Positions 33,920-43,303 of a stretch of 64,000 bases of DNA are shown piece after piece (within the stretch, counting starts at the first letter, position 1; the number at the start of each line of letters is the position of its first letter). The position numbers and the translations under genes are program-made. The stretch spans positions 1,522,179-1,586,178 of the forward strand of contig JACKDX010000001.1 of NCBI GenBank assembly GCA_020633325.1. Reading direction: 5' to 3'. A model generated the notes under the pieces. The model saw only the letters and a list, made by a program, of their open reading frames with translations. It searched no databases and was not told the origin of the DNA. The stretch is from Myxococcales bacterium. GTDB lineage: Bacteria > Myxococcota_A > Polyangia > Polyangiales > GCA-016699535.

Positions 33920-35431
33920 ATGATTCCACTCCTCAGCAGGGAACAGGCGCGAGGTTTGGACGAGCATGCCGTTCAGGAACTCGGCATTTCAACGCTGGTG
34001 CTGATGGAGAATGCGGGTTCGCAAGCAACTCGACTGATCGTGCAGAATTTTTCTCCGCAGTTGTCGCGCGTGTTGGTGACGTGCGGCACCGGTCAAAACG
34101 GTGCTGACGGTTGGGTGTGCGCCCGGCATCTTCGCGCCTTGGGTCATCATCCCATGCTTTGGTGTCTCGGCGACCCGGAGACTCTGACTGGGGATGCACG
34201 TGTCAATTGTCAGGCCGCGCTCAAGCTCGGTCTAAAGGTTACGCAAGGTCTCTCGGAGCTTGAGCGACTGCTCGGAGAAGCGACCTTGGTGGTGGATGCG
34301 CTCTTTGGTACCGGATTATCGCGCCCCATAACGGGCGATGCACAGCGTGCGATACGTGCCATCAATGAACACGCTCTAAGTACTGTGGCGCTCGATGTGC
34401 CGAGCGGCATTCACGCCGATACCGGCCAGATATGCGGCGAAGCAATCTGTGCGACGATGACCGTGACATTTGGCGGGCACAAGCGGGGCCTCTGTCAGCA
34501 TCCGGGCAGGGCACAAGCGGGCAAGGTGCACTCTGTTTCGTTGGGTGTACCTGTGACAGAGGGCAGCGCCATGCTCATGGAGGAACGAGACTTGGGCCGG
34601 TGGCTCATCGAACGCGCATCAGACACCCATAAGGGGCGAGAGGGCCACGTGTGGGTGGTGGGCGGAAGCGCGGGCAAATCCGGAGCTGCGTTGCTTGCTG
34701 GGGCCGGAGCGATGCGCTCGGGCGCGGGAAGCGTAACCATCGCCAGCGGGTCCGAAGCGGGAGCAGCGATCGATGCGGGGGTGTTAGAATGCATGACGTT
34801 TCGTATGTCCGATGATGCCCACGTCGCCGTCCGGCAGATCATGAGGGCTAGGGGCGGCATGCACGCGGCGGTGTTGGGTCCAGGCTTTGGCCTTGAGCGC
34901 GAACCGCAGGCTATCTTGCACGCCCTTGCCCTCAAGCTTCCGGTACCGGCAGTGCTCGATGCAGACGCACTCTGGGCTTGGGGTGAGGAAGGGTTAGATA
35001 CGCTGCGCGAGGCAGTGGCCCCACGGGTGCTCACGCCCCATCCCGGCGAAGCTGCCCGATTGCTCGTTTGCACCGTCGAGGAAGTGCAGGCGGACCGTTA
35101 CGGCGCCGCGCTTGAGCTCGCCAAACAATCGCGTCAAGTGGTGATCCTCAAAGGCGCAGGGAGTATTGTTGCCGCTCCCGATGGGCGTATGCGTATCTGT
35201 TCCCGCGGATCGCCGGCAATGGCCACCGCCGGCAGCGGCGACGTGTTGGCGGGCATGGTCGCTGCGCAAGTCCGCGCGCTCAAAGACGTGTTCGATGCCG
35301 CTAGTGCAGGGACATTGTTGCATGCTCTCAGTGCCGAAAGTGCCGCCTATGGGGATAGGGGACTGCTCGCGCATGAAATCGCGAAACAGGCACCTCATGT
35401 GATTGCGCAAGCGATGGAAAGAAGGCCCTGA
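33920..35431 (+). CDS. nnr: Bifunctional NAD(P)H-hydrate epimerase / ADP-dependent dehydratase (YjeF/Nnr)
   Basis: N-terminal YjeF_N (MENAG, GTGQNGADG, DALFGTGLSR). C-terminal carbohydrate-kinase part (HKGREGHVWVVGGS, LTPHPGEAARL, GSGDVLAG). Confidence 0.92.
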   Translation: MIPLLSREQARGLDEHAVQELGISTLVLMENAGSQATRLIVQNFSPQLSRVLVTCGTGQNGADGWVCARHLRALGHHPMLWCLGDPETLTGDARVNCQAALKLGLKVTQGLSELERLLGEATLVVDALFGTGLSRPITGDAQRAIRAINEHALSTVALDVPSGIHADTGQICGEAICATMTVTFGGHKRGLCQHPGRAQAGKVHSVSLGVPVTEGSAMLMEERDLGRWLIERASDTHKGREGHVWVVGGSAGKSGAALLAGAGAMRSGAGSVTIASGSEAGAAIDAGVLECMTFRMSDDAHVAVRQIMRARGGMHAAVLGPGFGLEREPQAILHALALKLPVPAVLDADALWAWGEEGLDTLREAVAPRVLTPHPGEAARLLVCTVEEVQADRYGAALELAKQSRQVVILKGAGSIVAAPDGRMRICSRGSPAMATAGSGDVLAGMVAAQVRALKDVFDAASAGTLLHALSAESAAYGDRGLLAHEIAKQAPHVIAQAMERRP

Positions 35432-35479
35432 CCGCCGTTTTGTCGCCTGACCCATGTCTCTCAGTTACCATGCCTAAGA

Positions 35480-35932
35480 ATGGGAGACGTGAGACATAAG
35501 GCATTGAAGTCGTGCATGATTCTGAGCTTCGTGGCCATAGGAGGATGCCTGCGCCCATACCATACCAACACCAGTTTAGAGCCCGGCAAAGAGGAAGTGG
35601 TCTCCGTAAGCGGTGGCGAGACGTACGAAGGCAAAGCGAGCTATTATCACGACTCACTCGCCGGCAACCATACCGCAAACGGGGAGGTCTATGACCCAGA
35701 CAAACTCACCGCAGCGAGTCGCACGCTGCCCTTTGGCAGTGAGGTCAAAGTGGTGCGAATCGACACAGGGAAGGAAGTCATAGTGCGCATCAACGATCGT
35801 GGTCCCTTTGCGGATCCCGATCGCATCATCGATTTGTCCCGCGCTGCGGCCGAGGCGCTTGATATGATGGTTGTGGGAGTGATTGACGTGCGTCTGGAAG
35901 TGGTGGAGCCGCCGCCGGGTCAGCGTCAATAG
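35480..35932 (+). CDS. rlpA: RlpA-family septal lytic transglycosylase-like lipoprotein (DPBB domain)
   Basis: Lipobox AIGGC. GKASYYHDSLAGNHTANGEVYDPDKLTAASRTLPFGSEVKVVRIDTGKEVIVRINDRGPF. Confidence 0.88.
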   Translation: MGDVRHKALKSCMILSFVAIGGCLRPYHTNTSLEPGKEEVVSVSGGETYEGKASYYHDSLAGNHTANGEVYDPDKLTAASRTLPFGSEVKVVRIDTGKEVIVRINDRGPFADPDRIIDLSRAAAEALDMMVVGVIDVRLEVVEPPPGQRQ

Positions 35933-36052
35933 CAGGGGACGCTTTGCGCGCGCCGCGCAGTTCAAGCGGTAGCGGGGAAGAATGCGTCGCGCCTTAGACA
36001 ACGCCACAAACGTCAGCTCGACGGACTGTGTACCCAGGCTCCCGGGCGACAC

Positions 36053-37315
36053 TCAAGGGATGAGGATTTGCCCGTGTTGTGTGCGCACTGAGTCAATCCA
36101 ATCGGAAGCGTCAGTAAACTCGTCTGCGTCGGGTGCCCCGACCGCATACGCGGCGCGCATCAGTGGTCCGCCCAAATCGCCATTAAGCTCGAGCCACGCG
36201 GCCTTTTGTACGCCCGGTTTAAGGCGATAGAGGCCTGAGCCAATGAAATCCAGCGTACCTCCGTTGAAAGCTGGCCCAATCGAGATTGCCGGCGCCAACA
36301 CCCCGAAGGCGACATCGCTGGCCGGGCTGAGATTAAATACCAACAAGTCCAGCTCCTCGGGTGGACCGTCTTTATTGCCGGGGAGATATATTTCTAAGGG
36401 ACGCATTTTGTAGTCGAGTGTTCCGTCAGCGCTTTTCTCTGCGCAGAGGAAAACCGCGGCGGAAAACTTTTCTTCCGGGTAGGGCTCATCGTCGCTCATG
36501 GTGTGCGGCAATGCGTATGCCTCCTTGGGCAACTCTCGCAGGATGTCTTCGCAGGACTCCTGAGCGAGACGCATATGCTCGCGGAACGAGGCCAACAGGT
36601 TCGATTGGACTTGCATCTCTCGGGCAAGCTCAGCTGCAAACGGAGAGGCAGCGCTGCCGAGCATAGCAAGCGAGATATCTTCGTTTGGCGACAGAAACCA
36701 CGGGGACGGATGGCCGAGACAAGTCCAAGGAACCCAAAACTCGGGAATGAGTTCACCCCACTCGTTTTCGCGGGCAATGTTCGCGTACCATGCCTGATCC
36801 CTTAGCCCCAGGTTCTCGTAGGAAAACGGATGGTCGGCCGCGGCGAACAGGAAAACCCGGTCCCTGCTGTTCAGCCAACCCGTGGGCACCAATCGCTGGG
36901 CCGCAGAAGCGAGTGAATAGAGCGGGCAATCGCTGCGCGCCTCAGCCATATAGAGGGGTGCGATGGGCTGTGTGGAGCCGAGTTTTCTGACCTCTCTGAC
37001 GAACACAAATTGAGGCTCCGGCTCCAAGGCAATTTGCAAGCGGTAAAGCGAGGGACCGAGTTTTTCGTGGCGATAGATGACCATGGGTTCATCTTTCTCA
37101 ACCCTGAAACGCGCGTGCGAGGGAACGAGGGCGCCCCTTCGGTGCTCGAGTGTGAAGATTTCGAGATCGTAACCGGGGTGCTCCGATATCACCTGGGGGA
37201 GCAAGGCTGGGGCGGATTGAGTGGCTGCTTCCCGGCCCACGGCAGGCCGATCTCTGCACCCGAAGCTTGCGCAAAACAAGCCACACACAACAAGACCTAG
37301 AAATGCGCGCCGCAC
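36053..37315 (-). CDS. Hypothetical lipoprotein (420 aa)
   Basis: MRRAFLGLVVCGLFCASFGC signal/lipobox. No recognisable catalytic motif. Confidence 0.55.
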   Translation of the reverse strand: MRRAFLGLVVCGLFCASFGCRDRPAVGREAATQSAPALLPQVISEHPGYDLEIFTLEHRRGALVPSHARFRVEKDEPMVIYRHEKLGPSLYRLQIALEPEPQFVFVREVRKLGSTQPIAPLYMAEARSDCPLYSLASAAQRLVPTGWLNSRDRVFLFAAADHPFSYENLGLRDQAWYANIARENEWGELIPEFWVPWTCLGHPSPWFLSPNEDISLAMLGSAASPFAAELAREMQVQSNLLASFREHMRLAQESCEDILRELPKEAYALPHTMSDDEPYPEEKFSAAVFLCAEKSADGTLDYKMRPLEIYLPGNKDGPPEELDLLVFNLSPASDVAFGVLAPAISIGPAFNGGTLDFIGSGLYRLKPGVQKAAWLELNGDLGGPLMRAAYAVGAPDADEFTDASDWIDSVRTQHGQILIP

Positions 37316-37497
37316 CCGAGGTTATGGCACAAAGTAACACCCACGCAAGGGGCCGGTCGCCTGCGCAAGAAGTGCATGCTTCTATACAGTTATATGACAA
37401 TTTTGTCGTACCACTGTACAAGTTGGGCCGTAATTCTGTTCAAAGTATTGGATAATTCCTTCTGCGGTGATGGAGTGGTTATTGCATCAAAAAAGCC

Positions 37498-38085
37498 GTG
37501 ATGCGGCACGTATCCGATTCTGTCCCCTTGCCCGAGCCGTTGGCTCCGAATGACAATGCTGGGTTTTGCGAGGTCTTTGAGAGCTGCCGAAAGGAACTCT
37601 TTTATAGAGCACAGCGCTTGACCCGCACCCGCTTCGATGCAGAGGACTTGGTGCAACAGACAGCGGAAAAGGCGTGGCTGAGTTGGATTACCGCACACGA
37701 GAAAAAGATCTCTCGCGCCTGGCTGCATCGCATCATGTACCATGCTTTCATCGATGGGACTCGTCGCAAGACCTGCGAGAGAGCTGCCAACGGCCGCTGG
37801 CGAAGCTTCCGCATGCAGCAAGCCGAGCTCAGCGACCATGCGCGCGGTTCCAACCACGATACGTGGAGCGACCAGGTGGACACTGCCCTCAGTCGTCTAC
37901 AACGTCCCGCCCGGGATGTGCTCCTGCGCGTCGCTTTGCAAGGAGAAACCTATGACTACGTCGCGAAAGAACTCAACTGTCCCATGGGGACGGTGATGTC
38001 CCGCCTGCACCGCGCGAGGCGCCAGCTTGCGCAGGACCTCAGGTCCTACGCCCTCAAATCCGGCTACATTAAAGACGCCGCCTAA
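37498..38085 (+). CDS. ECF-type RNA polymerase sigma factor
   Basis: Region 2 (FDAEDLVQQTAEKAWLS, WLHRIMYHAFID) and region 4 HTH (ETYDYVAKELNCPMGTVMSRLHRARRQL). GTG 37498 or ATG 37501. No anti-sigma gene follows. Confidence 0.85.
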   Translation: MMRHVSDSVPLPEPLAPNDNAGFCEVFESCRKELFYRAQRLTRTRFDAEDLVQQTAEKAWLSWITAHEKKISRAWLHRIMYHAFIDGTRRKTCERAANGRWRSFRMQQAELSDHARGSNHDTWSDQVDTALSRLQRPARDVLLRVALQGETYDYVAKELNCPMGTVMSRLHRARRQLAQDLRSYALKSGYIKDAA

Positions 38086-38183
38086 CTCTCTGTTTCAGCC
38101 ACAGCTTGACTTAGGTGCGCGCGGTTTCCATAGTGCGTTCCCCGATGTGCACGGAGTGCATCGAATGGCTATCATAGGGACGT

Positions 38184-39365
38184 ATGCCCAAGACATATGC
38201 AGATTTAATGAAGGATATCAAGGCATCGGTGCCAACGGTGACTCTCGAAGAGCTCAAGAAGCGCCTTGAAGCCAAGGGAAGCCATACCATAGTGGATGTG
38301 CGCGAGAGCGACGAGACCCGCGGGGGCTATATCCCGGGAGCCGTGCTTTTGCCGCGCGGCTTTTTGGAAATGCAGGCCGAGCAAAAGCTTCCGAAAAAAG
38401 ACGCCCACATCATTACATACTGCGCCGGCGGCGTTCGCTCTTTGTTTGCCGCCAAGGCGTTAAAAGACCTTGGCTACACGAACGTCGAGTCCGCAAACCC
38501 CGGGTTTACGCGCTGGAAGGACTTGGGCTTTCCCGTCGAGGCGCCTCCGCGTTTGACCTCGGCGCAACTTGAACGTTACTCGCGCCATTTGCTTCTTCCC
38601 GAGGTCGGTGCCAAGGGTCAACAGCGGCTGTTGGATGCGCGGGTGCTGCTGCTTGGCGCAGGCGGGCTGGGATCTCCTGCGGGCCTCTACCTGGCCGCAG
38701 CCGGAGTGGGCACGCTGGGCATTGTGGATGCCGATGTAGTGGACTCCTCGAACCTTCAGCGTCAGATCATGCACGGCACCGATCGCCTGGGACAGTCAAA
38801 GGTCGAAAGCGGCCAAAAAACCCTTCAAAACATCAACCCTGATGTCAAGATTATCCCCTTCGATGAGAGGCTGACCAGCGAGAACGTCGATCGCATCTTT
38901 GATCAAAAGTGGGATGTCATTGTGGACGGCCTTGATAACTTCCCCACCCGCTATCTTGTGAACGATGCATCGGTTTGGAAGCATATCCCCGTGGTGCACG
39001 GCTCGATATTTCGGTTTGATGGGCAGGTTACCGTGTTTTGGCCACCGAAAGGACCGTGTTACCGGTGTCTGTATCCAGAGCCGCCCCCGCCCGAACTCGC
39101 GCCATCGTGCGCCGAAGCTGGCGTGCTCGGGGTGCTCCCCGGGATCATCGGCACCCTGCAGGCGACCGAAGCCATCAAGATCATTTTAGGTCAGGGGACC
39201 CCGCTCGTGGGCAGGTTGCTCACCTATGATTCGCTGCGGATGACCTTTGGCAATTTGAACTTGCGCAAAGATCCCAGTTGCCCCGTCTGTGGCGACAAAC
39301 CCTCAGTCACGAGCTACATCGATTACGAAGGGTTTTGTTTGGCCCCATCAAGCGCGGCCTTATGA
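38184..39365 (+). CDS. ThiF/MoeB-family adenylyltransferase with an N-terminal rhodanese domain
   Basis: Rhodanese: IVDVRESDE...ITYCAGGVRS (active-site Cys loop). ThiF/MoeB: RYSRHLLLPEVGAKGQQRL, LLLGAGGLGSPAGLYLAAAGVG, SNLQRQ, CYRC...CPVC zinc pairs, SCAEAGVLG. Confidence 0.85.
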   Translation: MPKTYADLMKDIKASVPTVTLEELKKRLEAKGSHTIVDVRESDETRGGYIPGAVLLPRGFLEMQAEQKLPKKDAHIITYCAGGVRSLFAAKALKDLGYTNVESANPGFTRWKDLGFPVEAPPRLTSAQLERYSRHLLLPEVGAKGQQRLLDARVLLLGAGGLGSPAGLYLAAAGVGTLGIVDADVVDSSNLQRQIMHGTDRLGQSKVESGQKTLQNINPDVKIIPFDERLTSENVDRIFDQKWDVIVDGLDNFPTRYLVNDASVWKHIPVVHGSIFRFDGQVTVFWPPKGPCYRCLYPEPPPPELAPSCAEAGVLGVLPGIIGTLQATEAIKIILGQGTPLVGRLLTYDSLRMTFGNLNLRKDPSCPVCGDKPSVTSYIDYEGFCLAPSSAAL

Positions 39366-39430
39366 AACCTCTAGTACGATACTCTTGTGCGTCTTCATGG
39401 GTGGGCGCCGCTATAGATTAAGGCAAGACA

Positions 39431-40087
39431 GTGTCTCAACACATCCTACGTGGCATGGTTATTGGACTGCCTGCTTTGATTTTGTCCCTGTCCGTGCATG
39501 AGTTCGCCCATGCCTGGATGGCTACCCGCTTGGGGGACGAGACGCCCGTACGCCAAGGCCGCTTGACGCTCTCGCCCTTACCGCACATGGATCTTTTTGG
39601 GTCGCTCATTTTTCCTGCGTTGCTCATGATGTCCGGCACGGGGTGGTTTTTTGGCTATGCCAAGCCAGTGCAGTTTCAGCCTCGCAATTTTTCAAAGCGC
39701 ATCTCCATGTGGCAGGGCACCGCTCTGACTGCCGTATGCGGACCGTTATCCAATTTGTTACTGGCGCTCCTAAGCGCGGTCCTGCTTCGGGTGGGGTTGA
39801 GCATGGAGCTTCCGCGCGCACATGTTCTTTTGGAATTTGCCAGCGTGATGTTCACCCTCAACATCTTGCTCGCGGTCTTTAACCTGGTGCCGCTACCGCC
39901 GCTTGATGGCGGATACTTGCTGCCAAGAAGCATGGATCACATCAAGGTCTATCTCACGCGGTACTCCATGTTGCTTTTCATCTTGGTGTTCTTTGTGCCC
40001 CCCCACAATCCTATCGGTTTCCGGGTGATCAATCCTATTAGGCTGTGGCTGGAGCACATCTTGCTTTCAGTGGTAGGAATTGGATGA
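39431..40087 (+). CDS. Site-2 protease family (peptidase M50) membrane metalloprotease
   Basis: HEFAHAW (HExxH) in the first TM region. LAVFNLVPLPPLDGG second motif. Multiple TM helices. GTG start. Confidence 0.88.
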   Translation: MSQHILRGMVIGLPALILSLSVHEFAHAWMATRLGDETPVRQGRLTLSPLPHMDLFGSLIFPALLMMSGTGWFFGYAKPVQFQPRNFSKRISMWQGTALTAVCGPLSNLLLALLSAVLLRVGLSMELPRAHVLLEFASVMFTLNILLAVFNLVPLPPLDGGYLLPRSMDHIKVYLTRYSMLLFILVFFVPPHNPIGFRVINPIRLWLEHILLSVVGIG

Positions 40088-40878
40088 TGGGTGCCTCAGA
40101 AGAGCAGGGAAGGGCCGAAAACGAGCCGCTTCTTGCGCCGTTTCGGGTGCGACTACCTCAATTCGAGGGGCCGCTCGATCTGTTGCTGCACTTGATTCGA
40201 ACCCACGAGCTCGACATTTTGGACCTCCCCGTGGCCTTTGTGACGGAGCGCTATCTCGAATATCTCGGGCTCATGACGCAGGTCAATTTGGACATCGCAA
40301 GCGACTACCTCGTGATGGCGGCCACATTGGTGCATATCAAGTCCAAATTGCTCGTGCCTTCACACGGTGAAGAAGTTCTCGAAGATGTCGAAGACGAAGG
40401 CGACCCGCGCGCCGAGTTGATTGCGCGGCTTCTCGAGTACCAGAAGTACAAAGAGATATCGGAGCGGCTGGGGCAGAGTTCCATTGCCGGCCGGGATGTA
40501 TTCACGAGAGGGAGTGCACCGCCTGAGCCTGAGGGGGACGCGGCACTGCTCGAAGTGGGGCTTTTTAAGCTGCTTGATGCATTCGAGGGGGTGCTCCTTA
40601 GGGGCAAGGCCGATCTCAGCCGTGAGATCATGCCGGAGCGCATCAGCCTTCATGCGCGCATTGCCGAGATCACAGAACTGCTGGGGCGTCAGCCTCATTG
40701 TCGCTTCGAGGATCTTTTCCCGATCGGCGCCGACGTTTACGATCTCGTGGTGACCTTCTTGGCGATTCTAGAGATGGCCAAAAAACGCTTATTGCGTCTT
40801 TCGCAAGCGGAACCGGTGGCGCCCATTCAACTTGCGCTTGCCTTCGAGCAAACCCCTCTGGCAGAACCGGGCGCATGA
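40084..40878 (+). CDS. scpA: Segregation and condensation protein A
   Basis: FEGPLDLLLHLI, YLVMAATLVHIKSKLL, ILEMAK. ATG 40084 forms an ATGA overlap with the M50 stop. Confidence 0.92.
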   Translation: MMGASEEQGRAENEPLLAPFRVRLPQFEGPLDLLLHLIRTHELDILDLPVAFVTERYLEYLGLMTQVNLDIASDYLVMAATLVHIKSKLLVPSHGEEVLEDVEDEGDPRAELIARLLEYQKYKEISERLGQSSIAGRDVFTRGSAPPEPEGDAALLEVGLFKLLDAFEGVLLRGKADLSREIMPERISLHARIAEITELLGRQPHCRFEDLFPIGADVYDLVVTFLAILEMAKKRLLRLSQAEPVAPIQLALAFEQTPLAEPGA

Positions 40879-41540
40879 GCACTCAAGGAATTATGGCGGA
40901 TACAAATCTAAAACACGTGATCGAAAGCCTGATCTTCGTGGCCGATAAGCCGGTAACCACAACGCAGCTTTCCAAAGTGGCGAAAGCCTCCGCCAAGGAA
41001 ATCAACGAGGCCCTCGGGGAACTCGTTGGCGACTATAAGGGCCGAGGGCTCGAACTGGTCGAGGTTTCGGGCGGCTATCAGTTCAGATCATCGGCTCACA
41101 CCTCTGAATATGTCAAACAGTTCGTGGCGCAGCGCCCTGTCCGGCTCACGCGCGCCCAGCTTGAGGTGTTGGCCATCATTGCCTATCGACAGCCGCTGAC
41201 GCGACCTGAGATTGAGGAGATCCGGGGAGTCGATTCTGGCTCCGCACTGCGCGTGGTGCTTGAGAGAGCTCTGATCAAGATTCTCGGGCGGAAAGAGGAA
41301 CCGGGTCGGCCTCTGATGTATGGGACCACGGGATTCTTTTTGGAGTTTTTCGGGCTACCCGCGCTCAAGGATCTCCCTACGCTACGAGAGTTTAGCGAAC
41401 TCAGCGAAGAGAGCCGCGCGCTTTTTGAGCGCAAGAGTGGCGAATCGTTCGACGATGTGCGTGATGCGCTCGAGCGCCAAGCCGAAAGCGCTCAGCTTGA
41501 CACTTCCGGCGAGGAACCTCCCTTGAGCGACGCGGATTAA
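40875..41540 (+). CDS. scpB: Segregation and condensation protein B
   Basis: IESLIFVADKPV, GGYQFR, LEVLAIIAYRQPLTRPEIEEIRGV, GRPLMYGTT. ATG 40875 forms an ATGA overlap with the scpA stop. Confidence 0.92.
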   Translation: MSTQGIMADTNLKHVIESLIFVADKPVTTTQLSKVAKASAKEINEALGELVGDYKGRGLELVEVSGGYQFRSSAHTSEYVKQFVAQRPVRLTRAQLEVLAIIAYRQPLTRPEIEEIRGVDSGSALRVVLERALIKILGRKEEPGRPLMYGTTGFFLEFFGLPALKDLPTLREFSELSEESRALFERKSGESFDDVRDALERQAESAQLDTSGEEPPLSDAD

Positions 41541-42470
41541 ATGTATTTTCAAGACCTCATTGTGACACTGCAAAACTACTGGGCAGGGCAGGGCTGCTTG
41601 CTCATGCAGCCCTACAACTCGGAGGTCGGCGCGGGCACCTTTAACCCACAAACGTTTTTGCGCGCCATAGGCCCAGAGCCGTGGAAGGTGGCGTATGTGG
41701 AGCCGTCTCGCCGCCCGACCGATGGTCGATATGGGGATAATCCGAACCGCTTGCAGCAGTATTACCAGTTCCAGGTCATTTTGAAGCCCTCACCGCTCAA
41801 TATCCAGGAGCTCTACCTGGATTCCCTGCGCGCCATTGGCACCGATCCCATAAAACACGATATCCGCTTCGTGGAAGATGATTGGGAATCGCCCACGTTG
41901 GGCGCCTGGGGTCTCGGATGGGAAGTATGGCTCGACGGCCTGGAAATCACCCAGTTCACGTATTTTCAACAGGTGGGTGGTCTGGAATGTAAACCCATCT
42001 CGGGCGAGCTCACGTATGGCCTCGAACGGATTGCCATGTACCTGCAAGGCATAAACAATGTGTATGACCTGCAATGGAACGATTCCGTGAAATACGGCGA
42101 TATCAAAAAGCGCGCTGAGTGGGAGTGGAGCAGTTATAATTTCGAGCGCGCTGATGTGCAGATGCACTTTGATTTGTTTGAAAAGTATGAGGCGCAGGGA
42201 AAGATCCTTTTAGGATTGGAGGACGGCAAAGCCAAAGACGGCGGCTTGCGCTATAAGAGTGAGGATCCATTAGAGCGGTTGGTGTTGCCAGCCTATGATT
42301 GCGCGATCAAGTGCAGCCATTACTTTAACATTTTAGATGCGCGAAGCGCCATAAGCGTAACCGAGCGGCAGCGTTACATCGGAAAAGTCCGCCACCTTGC
42401 ACGCGCATGCGCTGAGTCCTATTACGCTCAACGGCAAGTGGTCGGCTTTCCATTGTGTGAGCCGGCATGA
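41541..42470 (+). CDS. glyQ: Glycine--tRNA ligase alpha subunit
   Basis: [48 protein letters not shown]. Collinear with E. coli GlyQ. The ATG lies directly after the scpB TAA. Confidence 0.97.
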   Translation: MYFQDLIVTLQNYWAGQGCLLMQPYNSEVGAGTFNPQTFLRAIGPEPWKVAYVEPSRRPTDGRYGDNPNRLQQYYQFQVILKPSPLNIQELYLDSLRAIGTDPIKHDIRFVEDDWESPTLGAWGLGWEVWLDGLEITQFTYFQQVGGLECKPISGELTYGLERIAMYLQGINNVYDLQWNDSVKYGDIKKRAEWEWSSYNFERADVQMHFDLFEKYEAQGKILLGLEDGKAKDGGLRYKSEDPLERLVLPAYDCAIKCSHYFNILDARSAISVTERQRYIGKVRHLARACAESYYAQRQVVGFPLCEPA

Positions 42471-43303
42471 CACGAACGGCATGTTTATCGCGGTTTCCTG
42501 CCATTTTCGGCATGTTTGTCGCCATTTCGTGTCAAAGTTGGTCCGCCCCAGCCCGTGCTGACGACTTTCATCCATTGGTCGCCAAGGGCCATGCTTTCTA
42601 CGAAGAAGCGTTGTTCTCGCAGGCGCTAGAGGCTTTCGACGAAGCGGCCGCCACCGATGCGCTCACGCGCCGTGATCTTGTAGCGCTGCTTCTCGGACGG
42701 GCCCTGGTGCATTATGCGATGGGCAAAAAGCGCTCGATGGATGCGAGTCTTACTCAGCTCGCGTCCGTAGATCCGGATCACTCCTTTGGACAGACGGTCC
42801 CTCCGGAAGTCGTCGTGGCCTTTAACAACGCCCTAAGACACACCCGCGGGCGCGTCGGGGTGCGCATCAAGCGAGAGACGATTTTTGGTGGTGAGCTCCT
42901 GCAGGCTGAAGTTCGCAACGATGTGGGTGCACTGGTGCGAGGCGTGAGGATCTTCGCGCGCGCGCAGGGTGGCGCATGGGAGCATGGGCTCAGTATGCTA
43001 AGGGTGCACGCACCAAGAAATAGCAAAGTTGCGTACTATGCAGTGGCCGTGGGCCCGGGCGGCGCACCGGTGGCGATGCTAGGGACGTCCAAGGCCCCTT
43101 TGCATTTTTCGGTCGGAGTGGCCGATGCGATTTTTCCGCCCCATCCGGCTAACACGTCCGATTCTAGTGTGCATCCCGTGGTCTGGATGGGGATCGGCGC
43201 TGTCGCTGGCGCGCTAATCACGGTTTCCGTGGTGCTGATCGTTCATGCACTCAATAAGGATGAGAGCGTGCCCAGCGTTGCGGCGTTAGGATCATGGCCG
43301 TGA
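42467..43303 (+). CDS. Hypothetical exported protein with a C-terminal TM anchor (inserted between glyQ and glyS)
   Basis: ATGA overlap with the glyQ stop. Signal-like [13 protein letters not shown]. Helical TPR-like N-part. [24 protein letters not shown]. Confidence 0.55.
   Translation: MTRTACLSRFPAIFGMFVAISCQSWSAPARADDFHPLVAKGHAFYEEALFSQALEAFDEAAATDALTRRDLVALLLGRALVHYAMGKKRSMDASLTQLASVDPDHSFGQTVPPEVVVAFNNALRHTRGRVGVRIKRETIFGGELLQAEVRNDVGALVRGVRIFARAQGGAWEHGLSMLRVHAPRNSKVAYYAVAVGPGGAPVAMLGTSKAPLHFSVGVADAIFPPHPANTSDSSVHPVVWMGIGAVAGALITVSVVLIVHALNKDESVPSVAALGSWP

Noticed and set aside
35945-35959. Hairpin TGCGCG-CGC-CGCGCA between the convergent rlpA and the 420-aa lipoprotein gene.
   Set aside because: The stem is short, the triloop is tight, and there is no U-tract on either strand. 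This is not enough to call a bidirectional terminator.
37380-37460. A conspicuously AT-rich patch in the divergent region between the 420-aa lipoprotein gene and the second ECF sigma gene.
   Set aside because: It is likely promoter or UP-element DNA for the divergent genes. I could not fit convincing -35/-10 or ECF (GGAAC..CGTC) motifs, so no promoter is annotated.
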